Below, one piece after another: positions 20,401-35,400 of a DNA stretch of 64,000 bases; the stretch's first letter is position 1; every line of letters begins with the position of its first letter. This DNA is from Geosiphon pyriformis uo1. Its lineage: Eukaryota; Fungi; Glomeromycota. The stretch spans positions 282,194-346,193 of the forward strand of contig JAAOMT010000529.1 in assembly GCA_016748015.1 (NCBI GenBank), given 5' to 3'. The notes beneath the pieces were generated by a model. That model searched no databases and was not told the origin of the DNA. It saw only the letters and a list, made by a program, of their open reading frames with translations. Both the position numbers and the translations under genes were made by a program.

Positions 20401-23400
20401 TTTTGCCACAATTAACACAGATCAGTTTGGGTCTATGATAGTAAGTTTGAGATATGACAATATATGGTGTGTATATAGATATGGTAACTTATATAAGATC
20501 TTCTTCTTTTTTTTTCTCTTTTTTTTTTTTCTCCCAAGTCAATATTGATAATAATTTGTTGTGTTCTTTTTTGTCAGTCTATAAGACTTGATAGGCTTTT
20601 TAGGTAAGTTTTTTTTCTTTTTCCTTGAACTCAATTAATAGTGCTGGTATATTGGTAGTCTTGAAGTAATTGCAGGTTGCTAGTACTTGAATATGTTGAC
20701 TATTGACTGTTAACTGAAGTTCTTGAGTGTTTTAGTCAAGGATAACATTGGTTTTAGACAGCCAGTCATTACCAATAAGGGCTTGGTATTGAGTGGCTTC
20801 TATTACTAATATCTTAATCATAATAATAATACTGTTGACTTTAAATAGAAAATCATTAATCTTGCCAATAAGAGTTTTCATTGCTCTATTGGCTGTAATA
20901 ATTCAGACATTGGCAGTATGATCAACTTGATAACCTAATTGGTTCATAAGTTGTTAGATAATAATGCTGTCTGCTGAATCAGTTTAATAGACTGACTATT
21001 AACTTTAGCATTAGTGTATATTGCAGTAATTAGTTTCATGTGAAAAGTAACTTCACTAAATAAAAGAGTTTCTGATAGTTTTTTAAGTTCAAAGAAAAAG
21101 ATGGCAGCCAATAATTCATCCTTAGTAATAGTAGCTAGAAATATGTTGTTAGAAAGTAGTTAGAGTTGATTGAATTCTTGTTTGCTAAATTCAGCATCTT
21201 CTGCAATAACCAAAAGACTTAAGTAGTTCTGGGAATTTGGGTTTTGGTTGTACCCAGTTCCTGAACTCCATTGATGAGATCCTGATGGCTGACTTAATAA
21301 ACTGGAGATTGGTTGATATATTACTATTGCCAATCTCCAGTTTTGATATATATGTGTATTTCTCAGTCTTTGGTTTCTAAATAACATCTGAGCTATGTTT
21401 TATGGTGGTGTTAGAATAGATTGGAGTTGATAAAATACTGGTGGCTGCAGTTGATAAATAATTGGGACTGGAGTTTGATAGATTGAAAGTATATATAGTG
21501 GTTGTAGCATTATTTGCAAGTAATAGAGTTAATATTAATCTTAATTTGGTAAATAATTCAGAGTTTGGAACTGGCAATCAGAGTTTTGATATTGATTTTC
21601 CGATTGTTGATGAGTTAATCTTAATCAACAGTCTATTTTTATGTGTTTTTGTTTACCACAGTAATGGCAAATGCATGTCTTTTGCTGTCACTACTAATTT
21701 GATAAAGATTAACATAACTAATTTTGGAGTCAATTAGAACTTTCTTGATTATTATGTTATTGTAAAGGTTGATAAATGATCTGGTTGTTAACTAAGTATT
21801 CTTTCAATTTCTGGTTGATTAAATTACTGAATTGTTTCAATTTGAAATTCAATTCAGATGATCTGTTCATTACTAGATTTACAGCTTGGACATAATTGGC
21901 TTTGAGTTTAGCTGATTCAAAGTCTTTAGCATGTGTGACTGTGGCTTGAAAATTGCCTAGATGTAATAGACATATGTATTGTAAGATACTACTACACAGA
22001 TCATGAATAAACTGGTTCAAAATCTGCAGTTCTGTAAAGTAGGCTGCATTAATTACTTGAATTTGGCACAAAGTTCAGTAGAAGCATTTCAAGTAAATAA
22101 TAACTGCTTCAGTATCTTCTTGTTTAATAATAGTGAAAGTATTGGCTAAGTAGTTGATGCTGTTATTATTACTAAAATATCTTAGGAACTTAAGTTTAAA
22201 CATGTTGAAATCTTGGGATTTATTTACCAAGCTTTGATATTACAAATTAACAGTATCTTGAAGAAAGTATAAGATAACTTGCAGTACTCTGGCATCATTC
22301 CATTTATTGGCTTCAATGGCTTTTTCTACATCATTTAGTCATGTTTGCATATTATCCTCTTTACCAGTAATTTTTCTAATTTGGTAATTGATACATAGGC
22401 TATTAGTGCTACAATCAGTTGTTGTGGTGGGTTTGGTTGTTGTTGAGGTTGTGGCAGCAGCTGAAGTTGTGTGACAATTGGTATAATTGGGGGGGGAGAG
22501 GGATTAATAACAATTTCTGGAGGTAAGTTTGGTTGATTAATAATGGCAGAGTTTGGATTGTTCTGATTTTGCTGGATTAGAACAGTCAGAGTTTAAATTT
22601 CTGGGTTTTCTGAGATTGGATTTTGATAATTAAATTCTTAATTGTTGTTTTTCTCTTCCTCTAATTCCATTAATTCCCAAAGGCTAATAGTTCTGAAATC
22701 AGGTTGATGTGACAGGAATTGAAATCCTGATGGTGTAGATAATTAATTTGTTGTAGAAATTTTCTCTTGTGAATTTAGTATTTACTGATTTTCCTAAGTA
22801 TAATAAAATTCTTTTATTAATGTAGAAATTAAAGACTAATTCTGCTAATAAGTGATTACTGGTTAGTTCTAAGCATTGACAATAGTATTGAAATAAAAAT
22901 TTAGTGAATCCTAAATGATTTGTCTTTATTTTTTCTGATTTTGCCACTTTTGAATAGTTGTTACTAGTACTAGTTTTCTGTAAAATTATACCTTACAGAG
23001 AGCACCAAATGTTATTGGTGATTATTTGGGAATATAGAAACAAATAACAAACTTATAACTTGGTGCTTAATAGTTTAATAGTGTTGGTATTATTTGAAGG
23101 GTTTAATATCTGAAGATTTTGGTTGAGTTTTTTGTATAATAAACAGAAATTTAAGTGTTGTTTTTCTCATAGCTTTCCAAAATTGCAATTCCATCAAATT
23201 TTTTTCTCAGTGTGGTGACCAACAATTCTCTTAGTAAGTTATTTTTAATAATGAGTATTCTACTTTTGTTTCTGGGTCTTTTATCAGTATTATATCCTGA
23301 TATCAGTACTTCCATATATTAATCAATCAGTAAACAAACAAACAAAAAAAAATAAAAAATAAAAATAAAAAAAATAATGAAAAAAAAAAACAAAATAAGC

Positions 23401-23889
23401 CAAGACAAGAAAAAATTAGTATCCTATCAATAGCTGTAATTAAGAGCTATTGGTCCAATGTGATTAAATATTAGATACTATTAATATCTTATGTTAATAG
23501 TGAGGAGATAGATTTAGATAGTGAATATTTATTTTATTAATATTGATGATTATTTAACTAAAGATTCTTGGGTTTTATTCTAACTAAGATGTCTTTACTG
23601 CTAGATCTGTCTTTTTTGCTTCTAATACTCTTACTATATATACATAATTTGGGTTTTATGAAATTGTTCACATTTTCAAGTAATGTGTTATCATTTCTCG
23701 AACAATGCTTACATTGCTGAGCAATATGCCATAATTCCTGACAATGTTCCATATTGTTAAACAATATGCCATAATTCTTAACAATGCTTTACATTGCTAA
23801 GCAATATGCTCACATGTTAACTACTAGTTTTCTATTGGTTTATCTGTTTTTTTCTACTATTTTTTTGTATGCTTTTTTTATAAATAATA
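14426..23889 (-). mobile_element. Ty3/Gypsy copy C (family 1), 3' LTR tip deleted, inserted in gag of D
   Basis: 5' LTR 23010-23889; truncated 3' LTR 14426-15198; PBS 22991-23007; gag GTG 22947; pol stop 17323-17325; integrase ATG 17290; ORF3 ~15930-15212. There is an internal gag deletion near 22740 and the protease LDSG is lost near 20980. Confidence 0.92.
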
Positions 23890-25578
23890 CTGTTCCAAAG
23901 TAAACAGAAGAAAACAAAATTATTAGAAACATACAGCAATTATTTTGAGGAATTTAAATTGAAATCTTTAACACTATAAGAAATCCAATTACTGCCATTA
24001 CAACCAGATTTTGAAGCTGGTAGTTCTTGAGAAATAACTGACTTCAAGAAAGAAGAAAACAATGATCAGAGAATTAATAATCAATCTCAGAAAACCCAGA
24101 AATACAAACTCTGATTATTCTAACTCTGCAAAATCAGAACAATCTAAATACTGCTCCTATTGTTCTCCAAAATTTATCTTTAGTAATCATAATCAATTTA
24201 CCACCAAATGCACCAATTACCAAACATCAATAATAACAGTCACAACTATCATTCTAACAGCAACTACAATAAGAACTACAATTACAACAACTACTAATAG
24301 CATTGATCGCATATGCACCAATTGTCAAACTTGAGAAATTTATCAGTAAGGAGGACAATATGCAAGTATAACTCAATAACATAGAAAAAACCATCAAGGC
24401 CAATAGATAGAATAATGCCAAGCATTATAAACAATTTCATATTTTCTTCAGAATACCACTAATTCCTAATATCAAAGTCTGATTCAGAAATCCCAAGATT
24501 TTAACACATTTAAAGTTGAATTTTTAAGATATTTTAGTAATAATAATAGCATCAATTAATTAGCCAATACTTTCACAACTATTAAACAAGAAGATACTAA
24601 AGCTGTTACTACTTACTTAGGATGCTTTTACAGAAATCTGTGCCAAATTCAAGTCATTGATGCCAATTATTTTACAGTAGCCCAAATCTTGAATCAGTTT
24701 ATTTGTGAAATACACAGCAGCATCCTGTAATACATATGTCTATTACATTCAGTCATACTTCAAACTACAGTTAATTATGCCAAAGACTTTGAATTAGCTG
24801 AACTAGAAACTAATTATGCTTAAGCTGTAAACTTAGTAATAAACAGATCATTTGATCTGGATTCCAAATTGAAACAATTCAATGACTCAATTAACTAAAA
24901 GCTTGAAAGATACTTAGCTAACAACTAGGCAATTTATTAACCTCCACAATGGTGAAATAATTAAAAAAACTCCAATTATTTTTAAAATCAGTCATGTCTA
25001 TTATTATTGATGAATCAATTATAACAACCAAAGACATGTATTTGTTACAACTATAGAAGACAAAACTATCTTAGAATAGATTGCTGTATCAAATTTGATA
25101 ACCAATAATCAGAAAATCAATATAAAAACCCCAATTACCAGTTCTAAACTCCGAATTACAACTCAAATCAAGATTAATATTAGCCCTATTACTCACCTAT
25201 AATGCAATAAATATACTCACTTTTAATATATTAAACTCTGGTACTTGTAATATATCAACTACAGTCACAAATTATCTATTAACCACAACAACTTCAAACA
25301 CCACCACAAAACTCAGTTCCAATAACACACAGAAATCAAAGACTAAGAATCACACACATCCAACAAAATTGAAAATTGGTAATAGTAATATATTAACTAA
25401 TCTTTAGTTCATTGAACCAGTCATTAGAACCCTGCCAGCAAAGTTCAAAAACTGAATATAGCCAAAACCCAAATTTCCAGAACTATTTAAGTTTCTTGGT
25501 GACCTCAGAAAACATCTTATTCTACAATCAAAAAACCAACCAAATGCCACTTACTAATAATATACCTTCAGCAATTAT

Positions 25579-26417
25579 TGTTACAAGTGATTATTTAAGA
25601 TCTCAAAGCAAATAACAAACCTGTAATTTGGTGCTTAATTAATATAAGTGGTTGGTACTATCTAAAAATATTGTTGATCTGAAGGTTTTGTAGTAGAGTT
25701 TTTTGTATAATGGACAGAGATTCAGTGGTGATTGTAGTAGTTTTCTGGAATTGCAATTTTTGCCCAATTTCTTTCTCAGCTTGGTGGCCAGATTTATTTT
25801 GGCAGTTGTGCCCTTTTGGTAAGTTATCTGTTAATATATATATAATTCTACTCTTATTTTTGGGTCTTTTATCAGGCTATCTTTGACATCAATAATTCAG
25901 CACTTAATTCTCAATTAATTAGCAAACACAACAAAATAAAGAAAATAAAAAAGATAAAGAAAAGATAAAAAAAATAAGCCAAGACAATTTGCATATTAGT
26001 ATCCTATCAATAGCTATAATCAAGAGCTATTGTTCTAGTGTGGTTAAGTATCAATTACCATTAACATGAAATGTTGATAGTGAGGAATAGATTAAGATAG
26101 TGAATAATTATTTATTGATATTTGTGAATGAAAACTGTGACATCTGTCTTTTCTGCTTTTAATGCTATCACTATATATACTTAATTTATGTTCTATGAGA
26201 TTGCTTACACTTCTGAACAATGTGCTATAATTTCTTGAACAATGTTTATATTGCTAAACAATGTGCCTTAATTTTTTAATATTACTCCACATTGTTGAGT
26301 AATGTGTCATAATTTCTAACATTGTTCCATATTGCTGAGCAATGTGCTCATGTGTTAACTACTACTCTCCTTATTGGTCTACTGTTTTTCTATATCTGTT
26401 TTTTTTTATGAGTAACA
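25579..26417 (-). mobile_element. Solo LTR (family 1, 40-bp-array U3) inserted in D upstream of the protease
   Basis: TGTTAC...GTAACA termini. Perfect TSD TTAT (25575-25578/26418-26421). The D frame NNIPSAI|ITNNELL rejoins across it. Confidence 0.92.
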
Positions 26418-29400
26418 TTATTACCAACAATGAATTATTGGCTGCTATCTTTTCCTTTGAACTTGAAGAACTGACAGCAAAACCCTTATTTAGTAGAGCT
26501 ACTTTTGATACAAAGTTCATCACAGCAATGTACACTAATGCCAAAGTTGATGGTCACTTCATTAAACTAATTTTAGATAGTGGTTTAGCAGACAGCATTA
26601 TCACTAAGCAACTTATAGACCAATTAGGTCACTGAGTTAATTGTGCTATCAGTGCCAAAATAATAATGGCTAATAGAGCAACAAAAACTCCAATCAGCAA
26701 AATTGATGACTTTTCATTTGAAGTTAGTGGCATCATCATGCTTATAAAGATTCTTGTTATGGACATCACACAGTACCAAGTACTAGCTACCTGTGGTCAC
26801 TTCAAAACCACCATAATAACACCATTAATAAAATTTGAGAAAAAAGAGAGAAAATCTATTTGGGAAGTCTACCAAGTCTTATGGACTAATACTGATCACA
26901 ATAAATTACCACCAATATTCTCTTGAAATAACAAAGGAAAAAAAAAAAAGAAAATGAGCTATCAACAAACACTACCAATTGCAATACCACTAGTGACTAA
27001 AAAAAATTATACTTAACTAATACTAGACTAGAACCTCTACATATACCATTAAAATATAAGGACTGTAGAAAAAAGCTTTTATCTATGGGAGTCTGAATTT
27101 CATCCAACAAAAACTATTGAATACAAACACATTATTATTGTAAGCCATATTATAAAAAATGCTATGGTTACTCTAAGCAACAAGACAAGTGGGACAACAA
27201 ACCATGTTTTGTTTGTGGCAAACAGTTATTTGATGAAGGAATATGAAATAACATTCCTGGTTAAGGAAAAACATATGACACTTCATGTCAATACACAATT
27301 CTCATAAACAATTGGATAAGTTATGATACATCCATCAATGCAGCATGGCATTGAATAATTTTTTGCTTGAATGGCTATTCACATGATAAAAACAAAATTT
27401 AGCAAATAGCCAATGCCAAAGTTGAAGGCACTTTGCCCAGTAAAATATTAAAGATCAAAAACAACCCACCAGAACCAGTTGAAACAGTTCTTATTCCCAA
27501 CTCTGATGCTTTTTTAGACATTAAAATAGGCCCAAAAAAATTCCACAAGCATTATTAAAACTTAGCACCAACCAGAGAAAGAGCAAAAACAACAGCTAAA
27601 ATAATTAAATACTCAACTATGCAGATATTGTTTAATTTCCAGTGATTTTAAATATTGTAATAATTGTAATGTTGTTTACAATCCACTACTATGCATGATC
27701 TACACAATCCCAGAAAAAAAAAACTTATCAGCAATTGTGTATCAGAATCAGAATCAAAATTTAATTCTGATTCAAACTCTGACAATGACAACAAAAACAA
27801 TGGTTTCAGTTCAGTCCAAAATGGCAATACTAACAACAATAATTTAAACTTCAATTCAAACCTCAAATAATAGATCATGCTCCAATCTGTCAAAGGAACA
27901 AGAACTCAAATGGTTCAGTAATAATAATAAAGATATTATGTCAGAACAAGCACATGATACCAATACAAAGTTTGATTTAAAATATTCAGAAAAAAATGCC
28001 ATCAAATTGAAACCACATTTATGCATTTGTATTGATCTGAAAGTAACACTGAAAATTCTAGCAACAACAATGATTCAACTAGCATCTAGAAATAGTTTAG
28101 CAAAAAAAGAAATTAATATAAGAAGAAGAATAATTGATGCAAAATATATAGAAAATATTATTACAATACTATAAAATGATTCAAAAAAACCATATATTAT
28201 TGAACTAAATAAAAAAATAGCACAGACAATATTTCTATTTTTGGTTAAAATAGCTTAGTTAGTATTAGTAGGAAATAGAAAAGAATTAGGAATGACAGCA
28301 AAAGGGATAAATGAATTCAGATTTATGGATAAAATAGATATACCAGTTAATATGACAAAGGAAAAAGTTATTAACAAGAGAGAAATTATCTCCATTTGTC
28401 AATTAATTTCTATTCCATTATATGACCAGTATTTAGTAGTTATAGAAAGAAAAATAGAAGATTATTCTCAAATTTTTGAAGCAGAAGCTACCATTTGTAA
28501 ATCAGAAGAAATTACTATCACCAATCTCTAAATACCAGCTAAAAATAACAAACACATCAAAATTCTGATTTACAACACAATTAAAGACACCATCAAAATA
28601 CCAAGTAAAACTATTATCAGATATTTAAGCATTGAAGTTGAAGACCAACTACCAAGCACCATTCCAAATTTTTCACAACTATACAGATATGTGAATATTA
28701 CATCACAAGCAATATATAAGCAAGAAGAATGTTATTTGCTCCAACCAAAACAACCAAAACAAATAAACTTGAGATATCTAAACCCATTTTAACAGATGCA
28801 ACTTAAGATGTTGCTTAATAATTTTACTGACATTTTCACCAGCAAAAACAAATTTGGCAGAACTGACATCATCTAACACCAAATCAAAACTGAAGAGACA
28901 ATGCTGATTAAACAAAGAGCATACAAAATATTACCAGCAAGTTATGAAATCATTCAACAGAAAATCAACCAGATGTTAAACAATGGATTAATTTAACTAT
29001 TAATAAGTCTATAATTATTACCAGTAGTACTAGTTCAGAAAAAGAATGGAAAAATTTGCTTTTGTGTGAATTACAGAAAACTTAACAGTGTTACTTATGA
29101 AGACAGCTATTCAACTCCACAGATTCAAAAATTATTCAATGCTTTTAAAAGGAAAAAATAGTTCTCAACATTAGATTTGGACAGTGGTTACTGACAAGTA
29201 GCCATAAAACTGGAAAACAAAGAAAAAACCACTTTTACAATCAAAGAAAAAAATTTTGAATTTGAAATAATGTCATTTAATTTGACCAATGTACCAGTCA
29301 TTTTTTAATGGCTTATAGAAATTGTTTATATTGGACTACTATGAAAATTAGTAGTTATATACTTGGACAATACAAACATATTTTCAAGAACATTTAATGA

Positions 29401-32400
29401 CCATCTTCACCATTTTTAACAAGTGTTCAAAAGATTAAGGAGAGCTGGATTAAAGTTGAATGCAAACAAATGCTTTTTTGACAAAACAAAACTGAAATTT
29501 TTGAGACATGTTGTAAGCAAAGACAGCATTAAGACAGATTCAGACAAGATTAAAATCGTCAAAAACTTTCCAGTACTAACATATCTTATCAAATTAAGAG
29601 CATTTCTAAAATTTGTGAAATATTACTACCACTTTATCCAGAACTTTTCTAAACTGGCCCAACCACTTTACCAACTTCAAACTAAAAATGTAAAATACAA
29701 ATAAACTAAAGCTCAACAAAAAGCTTTCAATATTCTAAGAAAAAAGCTTATTTAAGCACCAGTATTAATCTATTCAAATTATAGCAAGCCATTTATCATT
29801 ACTACTGATACATATGGTCAAGTATTAAGAACTGTACTATCTTAGAAAAGACTAAATAAACAAGAACATCCAGTAATATATGTCAGCCAAAGCTTAAGTT
29901 TAGTAAAAAAAAACTATAGTACATTAGCATTAGAACACTTAGCTATCTATTAGGCAGTTATGAAATGAAAAGAATATTTAAACCAGAAATTTAAAATATA
30001 CACTGATTACAAAGAATTAACATTAATCCAGAAGCAAGAATTTGGAGATGACTGCCATGTCAAATAAAAAATAGAATTTTCATTATTTAAATATATTGTA
30101 CATTACAAAAAGAGAAAAAAAAACAGAAATGCTAATGGTTTGTCACAAATAAGACAAATCTAAGAACATTTTAACCCAAAAATATAACAAAAGATAAATA
30201 CACAAAAATATCAACAACTTCAATATTATATTAATACCCAATAATTCAAGAAGAAATTATCTCAAAAAAAACAAAACAACATAAAACAACAATTAAAATA
30301 TTTTATTACTTACCAAAATATATTATATCAAAAAAATAGAAAGAATTCAGATCAACCACTTAGAATAATCACAAAACCAAAGAAAAAAACAATACTATAT
30401 AACATGCATTCAAATCCAATAGCAAGACATTTTCATAAAAAAGCAACCATGAAAAAAACCAGAAAAAGATATTATTAGCCATTAATATATTGAGACATCA
30501 TCTATTATGTTCAAAATTGTGATGCTTATTAAAGAAAAAAAGGAACAAAACCCAATAAACCATTAAAACCAATTAGAATAGAATAATTATTTAATAAAAT
30601 TGAAATTAACTTAATTAAATTATTAACAATAACCAGTAAAGGCAATTATTATATAACAGTTATCATAGATTATTTCACAAAATAACCAGAGGTAAAAGCA
30701 ATTCAAAGAGCAGGTGCAAAATTTGTAACTGAATTTGTTTACCAAAATTTGATTTATTAACATAAATGTTCAAAAAAATTACTATTAGATCAAAAACTCA
30801 CTTTGTAAACAGAACATTAACAGAATTAAGCCAAAGATTTAGAATTAAGAGACCATTATTATCACTATATCATCCATAAACAAACAGTTTGGTTGAAAGA
30901 TTCAACAAAATATTGTGTAAAGCAATCACCAAAATCAGTCAAAAAAATCAGGATGAATGGAATTTGTTTATACTATTAATACTATTTGTTTATTAAACAA
31001 TAAAACAAGATACTATATAAGCAACATCATTTAAATTAGTATATAGTAGAACAGCAACATTACCAGTTAAAATAGTTGTTAATACATATCTAACTGAACC
31101 AATAACAGAAGACAATTTTTAAAACACATTGTTGAAAAAAACATATAAATTAATAGAAACTCTAGAATACAAATAAAAAAGAACAGTTGATAATATTCAA
31201 AAGTCACAAAAAAAACAAAAAGAATGACATGATAACCAATTACCAAATAAACCAGTTGAATTCAGGATTGAAAACAAAGTATTCTTACATCATACCAAAG
31301 TGGAAAAACAATGGAATAAAAAATTTGATCTCAAATAGAACAGACTATTTCACATTAAAAAAATTCTAGGAAATGAAGCTTACAAACTAAGATAAGACAA
31401 TAAAATCTTAGTTAAAGCAGCACATAAAAATTAACTAAAATTATATCACAATATAATGTTATTATTTATCAGTAATATTTTATAACTGAGAGTACAACAA
31501 ATACTAGTCCAACCAGATAAAATTTCACAAAATCTGGAACCAATTATAGTTATTAATACAAACATATCAAATTGATCAACCAAAATAATATATAAAAACA
31601 CAGTATATGTGACCAAAAGCAACAATAAAAGATAGAAATTACTGATGACATCCATTTATTTACACAACAACTATTTCAATTGATTTAATAAACAAACCTG
31701 AAAATCACCATTAACCAATAAATCATTTGGTATAAAGATAATCAAAAGAAAACCCAATGTAAGATGCACAAAAAATTGGAAAATACTATAGACAAGATAA
31801 TAGCAAAAGTAAAGTTGTTAATAAAAACATTAGAAACAGTTATACTATACCAAAAAGTAACCAAAAAAACTTAAAATTGGTGATTACAACAATTTTTAAG
31901 AAACTTTTATTATTATTACTTAGAACAAAAACTAAATATTCAAAACTTATACATAAACAAAACAAAACAGTTATTCAATACAACAATACTACAACAATTA
32001 AAACAATTTGTTTACATAAACATGAGCCATATATTGGCTATATGTAAGATTTCAAAATCAACCAGCCATACTACTTTATTCAACAATGAACACAGTTACA
32101 ATTAATCAATGGGGAAAAATGATCAATACCCAATTTAAAGAATTACAGATCAAAATAACTCAAGTAATTCTTGAAAAAAAAGTCCAGAAATTAATCAAAG
32201 AAAGAAAATTAGAAGATATAAAAGATCTTGACAGAGCTTAATATTAAAAAAAGAAGATAATATTACTCATAAAATATAGAAATTATATATTAATACACAA
32301 AGTAGCCAATCAGAATAAGACATAGTAAAAGTGGAATTCCAGGATTTTTCTTAAAGAAATTACAGAATTCCAAAATTACAAGATTCCAGAATTTCAGAAA

Positions 32401-35400
32401 TCTTGTATACTGAAATTTATGTATATATAGCAATAGCATTAGAAACAAAAAGAGCAGAATACCCAGTTAAAAATTCTTAGTTTAGAACTTTTAATTTCAA
32501 TTCCCTATCTATCTCTTCATATGATAGTATTCTATGACTTGAAATAGAAACATCAATTATTAATAAAATACTTGTTATCATCACAATTTATTTTTTTACT
32601 ATTAACAACTCATATTGATAGCATCTAATACTTAATCACATTAGACCAATAGCTTTTAATTACAGTTATTAACAGAATACAAATTTTTTTTGTCTTGACT
32701 TATTTCATTTTTTCTTTTCATTATTTTCTTTATCTCTTTTCATTATTTTCTTTTCTTTTGCTTTGTTTTATTGTGAATTTACTAATTGCTTAAAAGATTA
32801 ATGCACAGTGTTATAGGTAATTATTTGGGGTCTTAAAGCAAATAACAAACTCATAACTTGGTGCTTAATTGATTTAATAATATTGATAATATTAGTATGT
32901 CAGTTGTATCTAAAAGTTTTTTTGTTAGAGTTTTTTGTATAATAAACAGAGAGTTAATTAATTGTTTTATCTGTAGCTTTCCAAAACTACAGTTTTGTTA
33001 ATTTTTTTCTCAGTGTAATGACCAGTAATCCTTCTGGTAAGATATCCTTAATTCTGAGTGTCTATTCTTATTTCTGGGTCATTTACCAGTATTATATCTT
33101 GACATTAGTACCCCCATGTGTTAATTCTCTTAATTGAATTAGTAGTAAAAGAAATCAAAAGAAAATAAAAGAAATAAAAGAAGAAAATAAAGAAAATTAA
33201 AGAAATAAGCTAAAACAGTTTTGTAAGTTAGTATCCTGTCAATAGTTGTGATTAAGAGCTATTGTTCCAGTGTGTTTAAGTATTAACTACTATTAACATG
33301 AAGTGTTAATAGTGGAGAGTAGATTGAGATAGTGAATAATTTATTTATTGATATTTGTGGATGGAAAATTGCTTAGATCAAATCTAAATGGAAAGGTCTA
33401 TCTTTTCTGCTTCTAAAACTACTACTATATATACATAATTGAAATTCCTTAATTCCTCAATTTTTTACACCAGGAATTCTGCAATTTCTTATATGAGAAT
33501 TCTGAAATTCTTGGAATTCTGCAATTTCTCTTGAGAGGAATCTTAGAATTCCATATTTACTATGGCTACTTTTGATTAGCTAATTTATATGCTAATTATA
33601 TGTTTTATATTCCATAAGTAACATTATTCTCTCCTTTTAATATTGAGCTCCATCGAAATTTTCCAAATTTTCTAATTCTAATTCTCTATTTTTGAGTATT
33701 TCCCGAACTTTTTTTTCAAAAATTACTTGTGCTATCTTGTTTTGTAAGTCTTTAAATTGGGCATTGGTTATTTTTTCTATTTGGTTAATAGTAATAGAGT
33801 TCATTTCTGAATTGAGTAAAATTTCTGGTTGATTTTGAAATCTAGTATATAGCTAATAAATGGCTCTTGCTTGTGTAGTCAAATTGTTCTCTCTCACAAA
33901 TTGTTTCAGTTATTGCAGTATTGTTGTGTCAAATAATTGTTTTGTTTTATCTATGTACAAATTCTGAATGTTCAAGTGTCATTCTAAGTAGAAGTAACAA
34001 AAGTTCTTTGGAAATTCACGTATCCACCATTTCCATATTTTTTTGGTCAATTCTTAATATGTGGTGATATTTATTGGTTCTTCTATTGCTAATTTTATTT
34101 TCAGAACCATTTTATTAATAGTGTTTTCTGTTTTTTTTTGAATTTTATATTTAGATATCTTTTTGGTATTTTGGTATTAAATAGTTTATTGGTTGATAGT
34201 AATTTTCATATTCTGTTGTTAAATCAATTGGAATAGTTGTTGTGCTAGTGAGTGGATATCATTAGTGATTTTCATTTTTCTGAAGTCTTCCGTCACATTT
34301 ATCATGTCTTTATATACTCTTTTATTGTTCAATTTTACATGTTTGATTCAATAATTATGATTGGTTTCAGATCTCATGAAATCTCACCTGGTTGGATTAG
34401 TATTCACTATACTTTCAGTTGTGAAATATTACTTATGGATAGTACCACTATATAGTAATATGGTTTCAGTCAATCACTATGTGCTGCTTTGATTAAAATT
34501 TTGTTGTTCAATCTTAATTTATAAGCTCCATTTTTAAGAATTTCTTTTATGTGAAATAGTCTGTCCCATTTAAGGTCAAATTTTTCACTCCATTGTTTTT
34601 TTGCTTTAGTACAATGTAAAAGTACTTTGTCTCCAATCTTGAATTCAACTGGTTAATCTGGTAGTTGGTTATCATGTCTTTTATTTTGTTTTTTTTGTGA
34701 CTTTTGGATGTTATTAGTTGCTCTTTGCCATTTGTTTTCTAGTGTTTCTATTAAGTCATATATTCTTCTTAGCAATGTTTCCTGAAAATTGTCTTTAGTT
34801 ATTGGTTTTGTTAGATAAGTGTTGACTTCTATCTCCACTAGTAATGTTGCTGTTCTACCATATACTAATTCAAATGGTGTTGATTGTGTAATGTCTTGTT
34901 TTATTGTCCAATAAACAAATAATACCAATGGTATAATCAAATTCCATTTGTTCTGGTTTTCTTGGCTGATTTTGGCAATGGCTTCACATAATGTTCTATT
35001 AAACCTTTCAAATAGCTTATTTGTTTGTGGATAGTATGGTAATAATAATGGTCTTTTTATCTTAAATCTTTGACTTAATTCTAACAATGTTTTATTCACA
35101 AAGTGAGTTTTTTGATCTAATAATAGTTTTTTTAAACATTTGTGTCAACAGATTAAATCTTGATGAATGAATTCAGCAACAGATTTTGCATTTGCTTTTT
35201 GAATGGCTTTTGCTTCTGGCCATTTTGTGAGATAATTCATGGCTACTGCAATATATCTGTTGCCTCTGCTGGTGATTGTTAATGGTCCAATTAAGTTAAT
35301 TCTAATGTGATTGAATGGTTGTCTTACTTTAATTGGTCTTAATAGTTCACTGGGTTTTGTTCTTTTTCTTTTCTGATAAGCATTACAATTTTGAACATAT

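Noticed and set aside
32330-32405. Heat-shock elements in the GAATTC-rich U3
   Set aside because: I find at most two correctly phased nGAAn/nTTCn units; the array is better described as GGAATTCC-like multimers.
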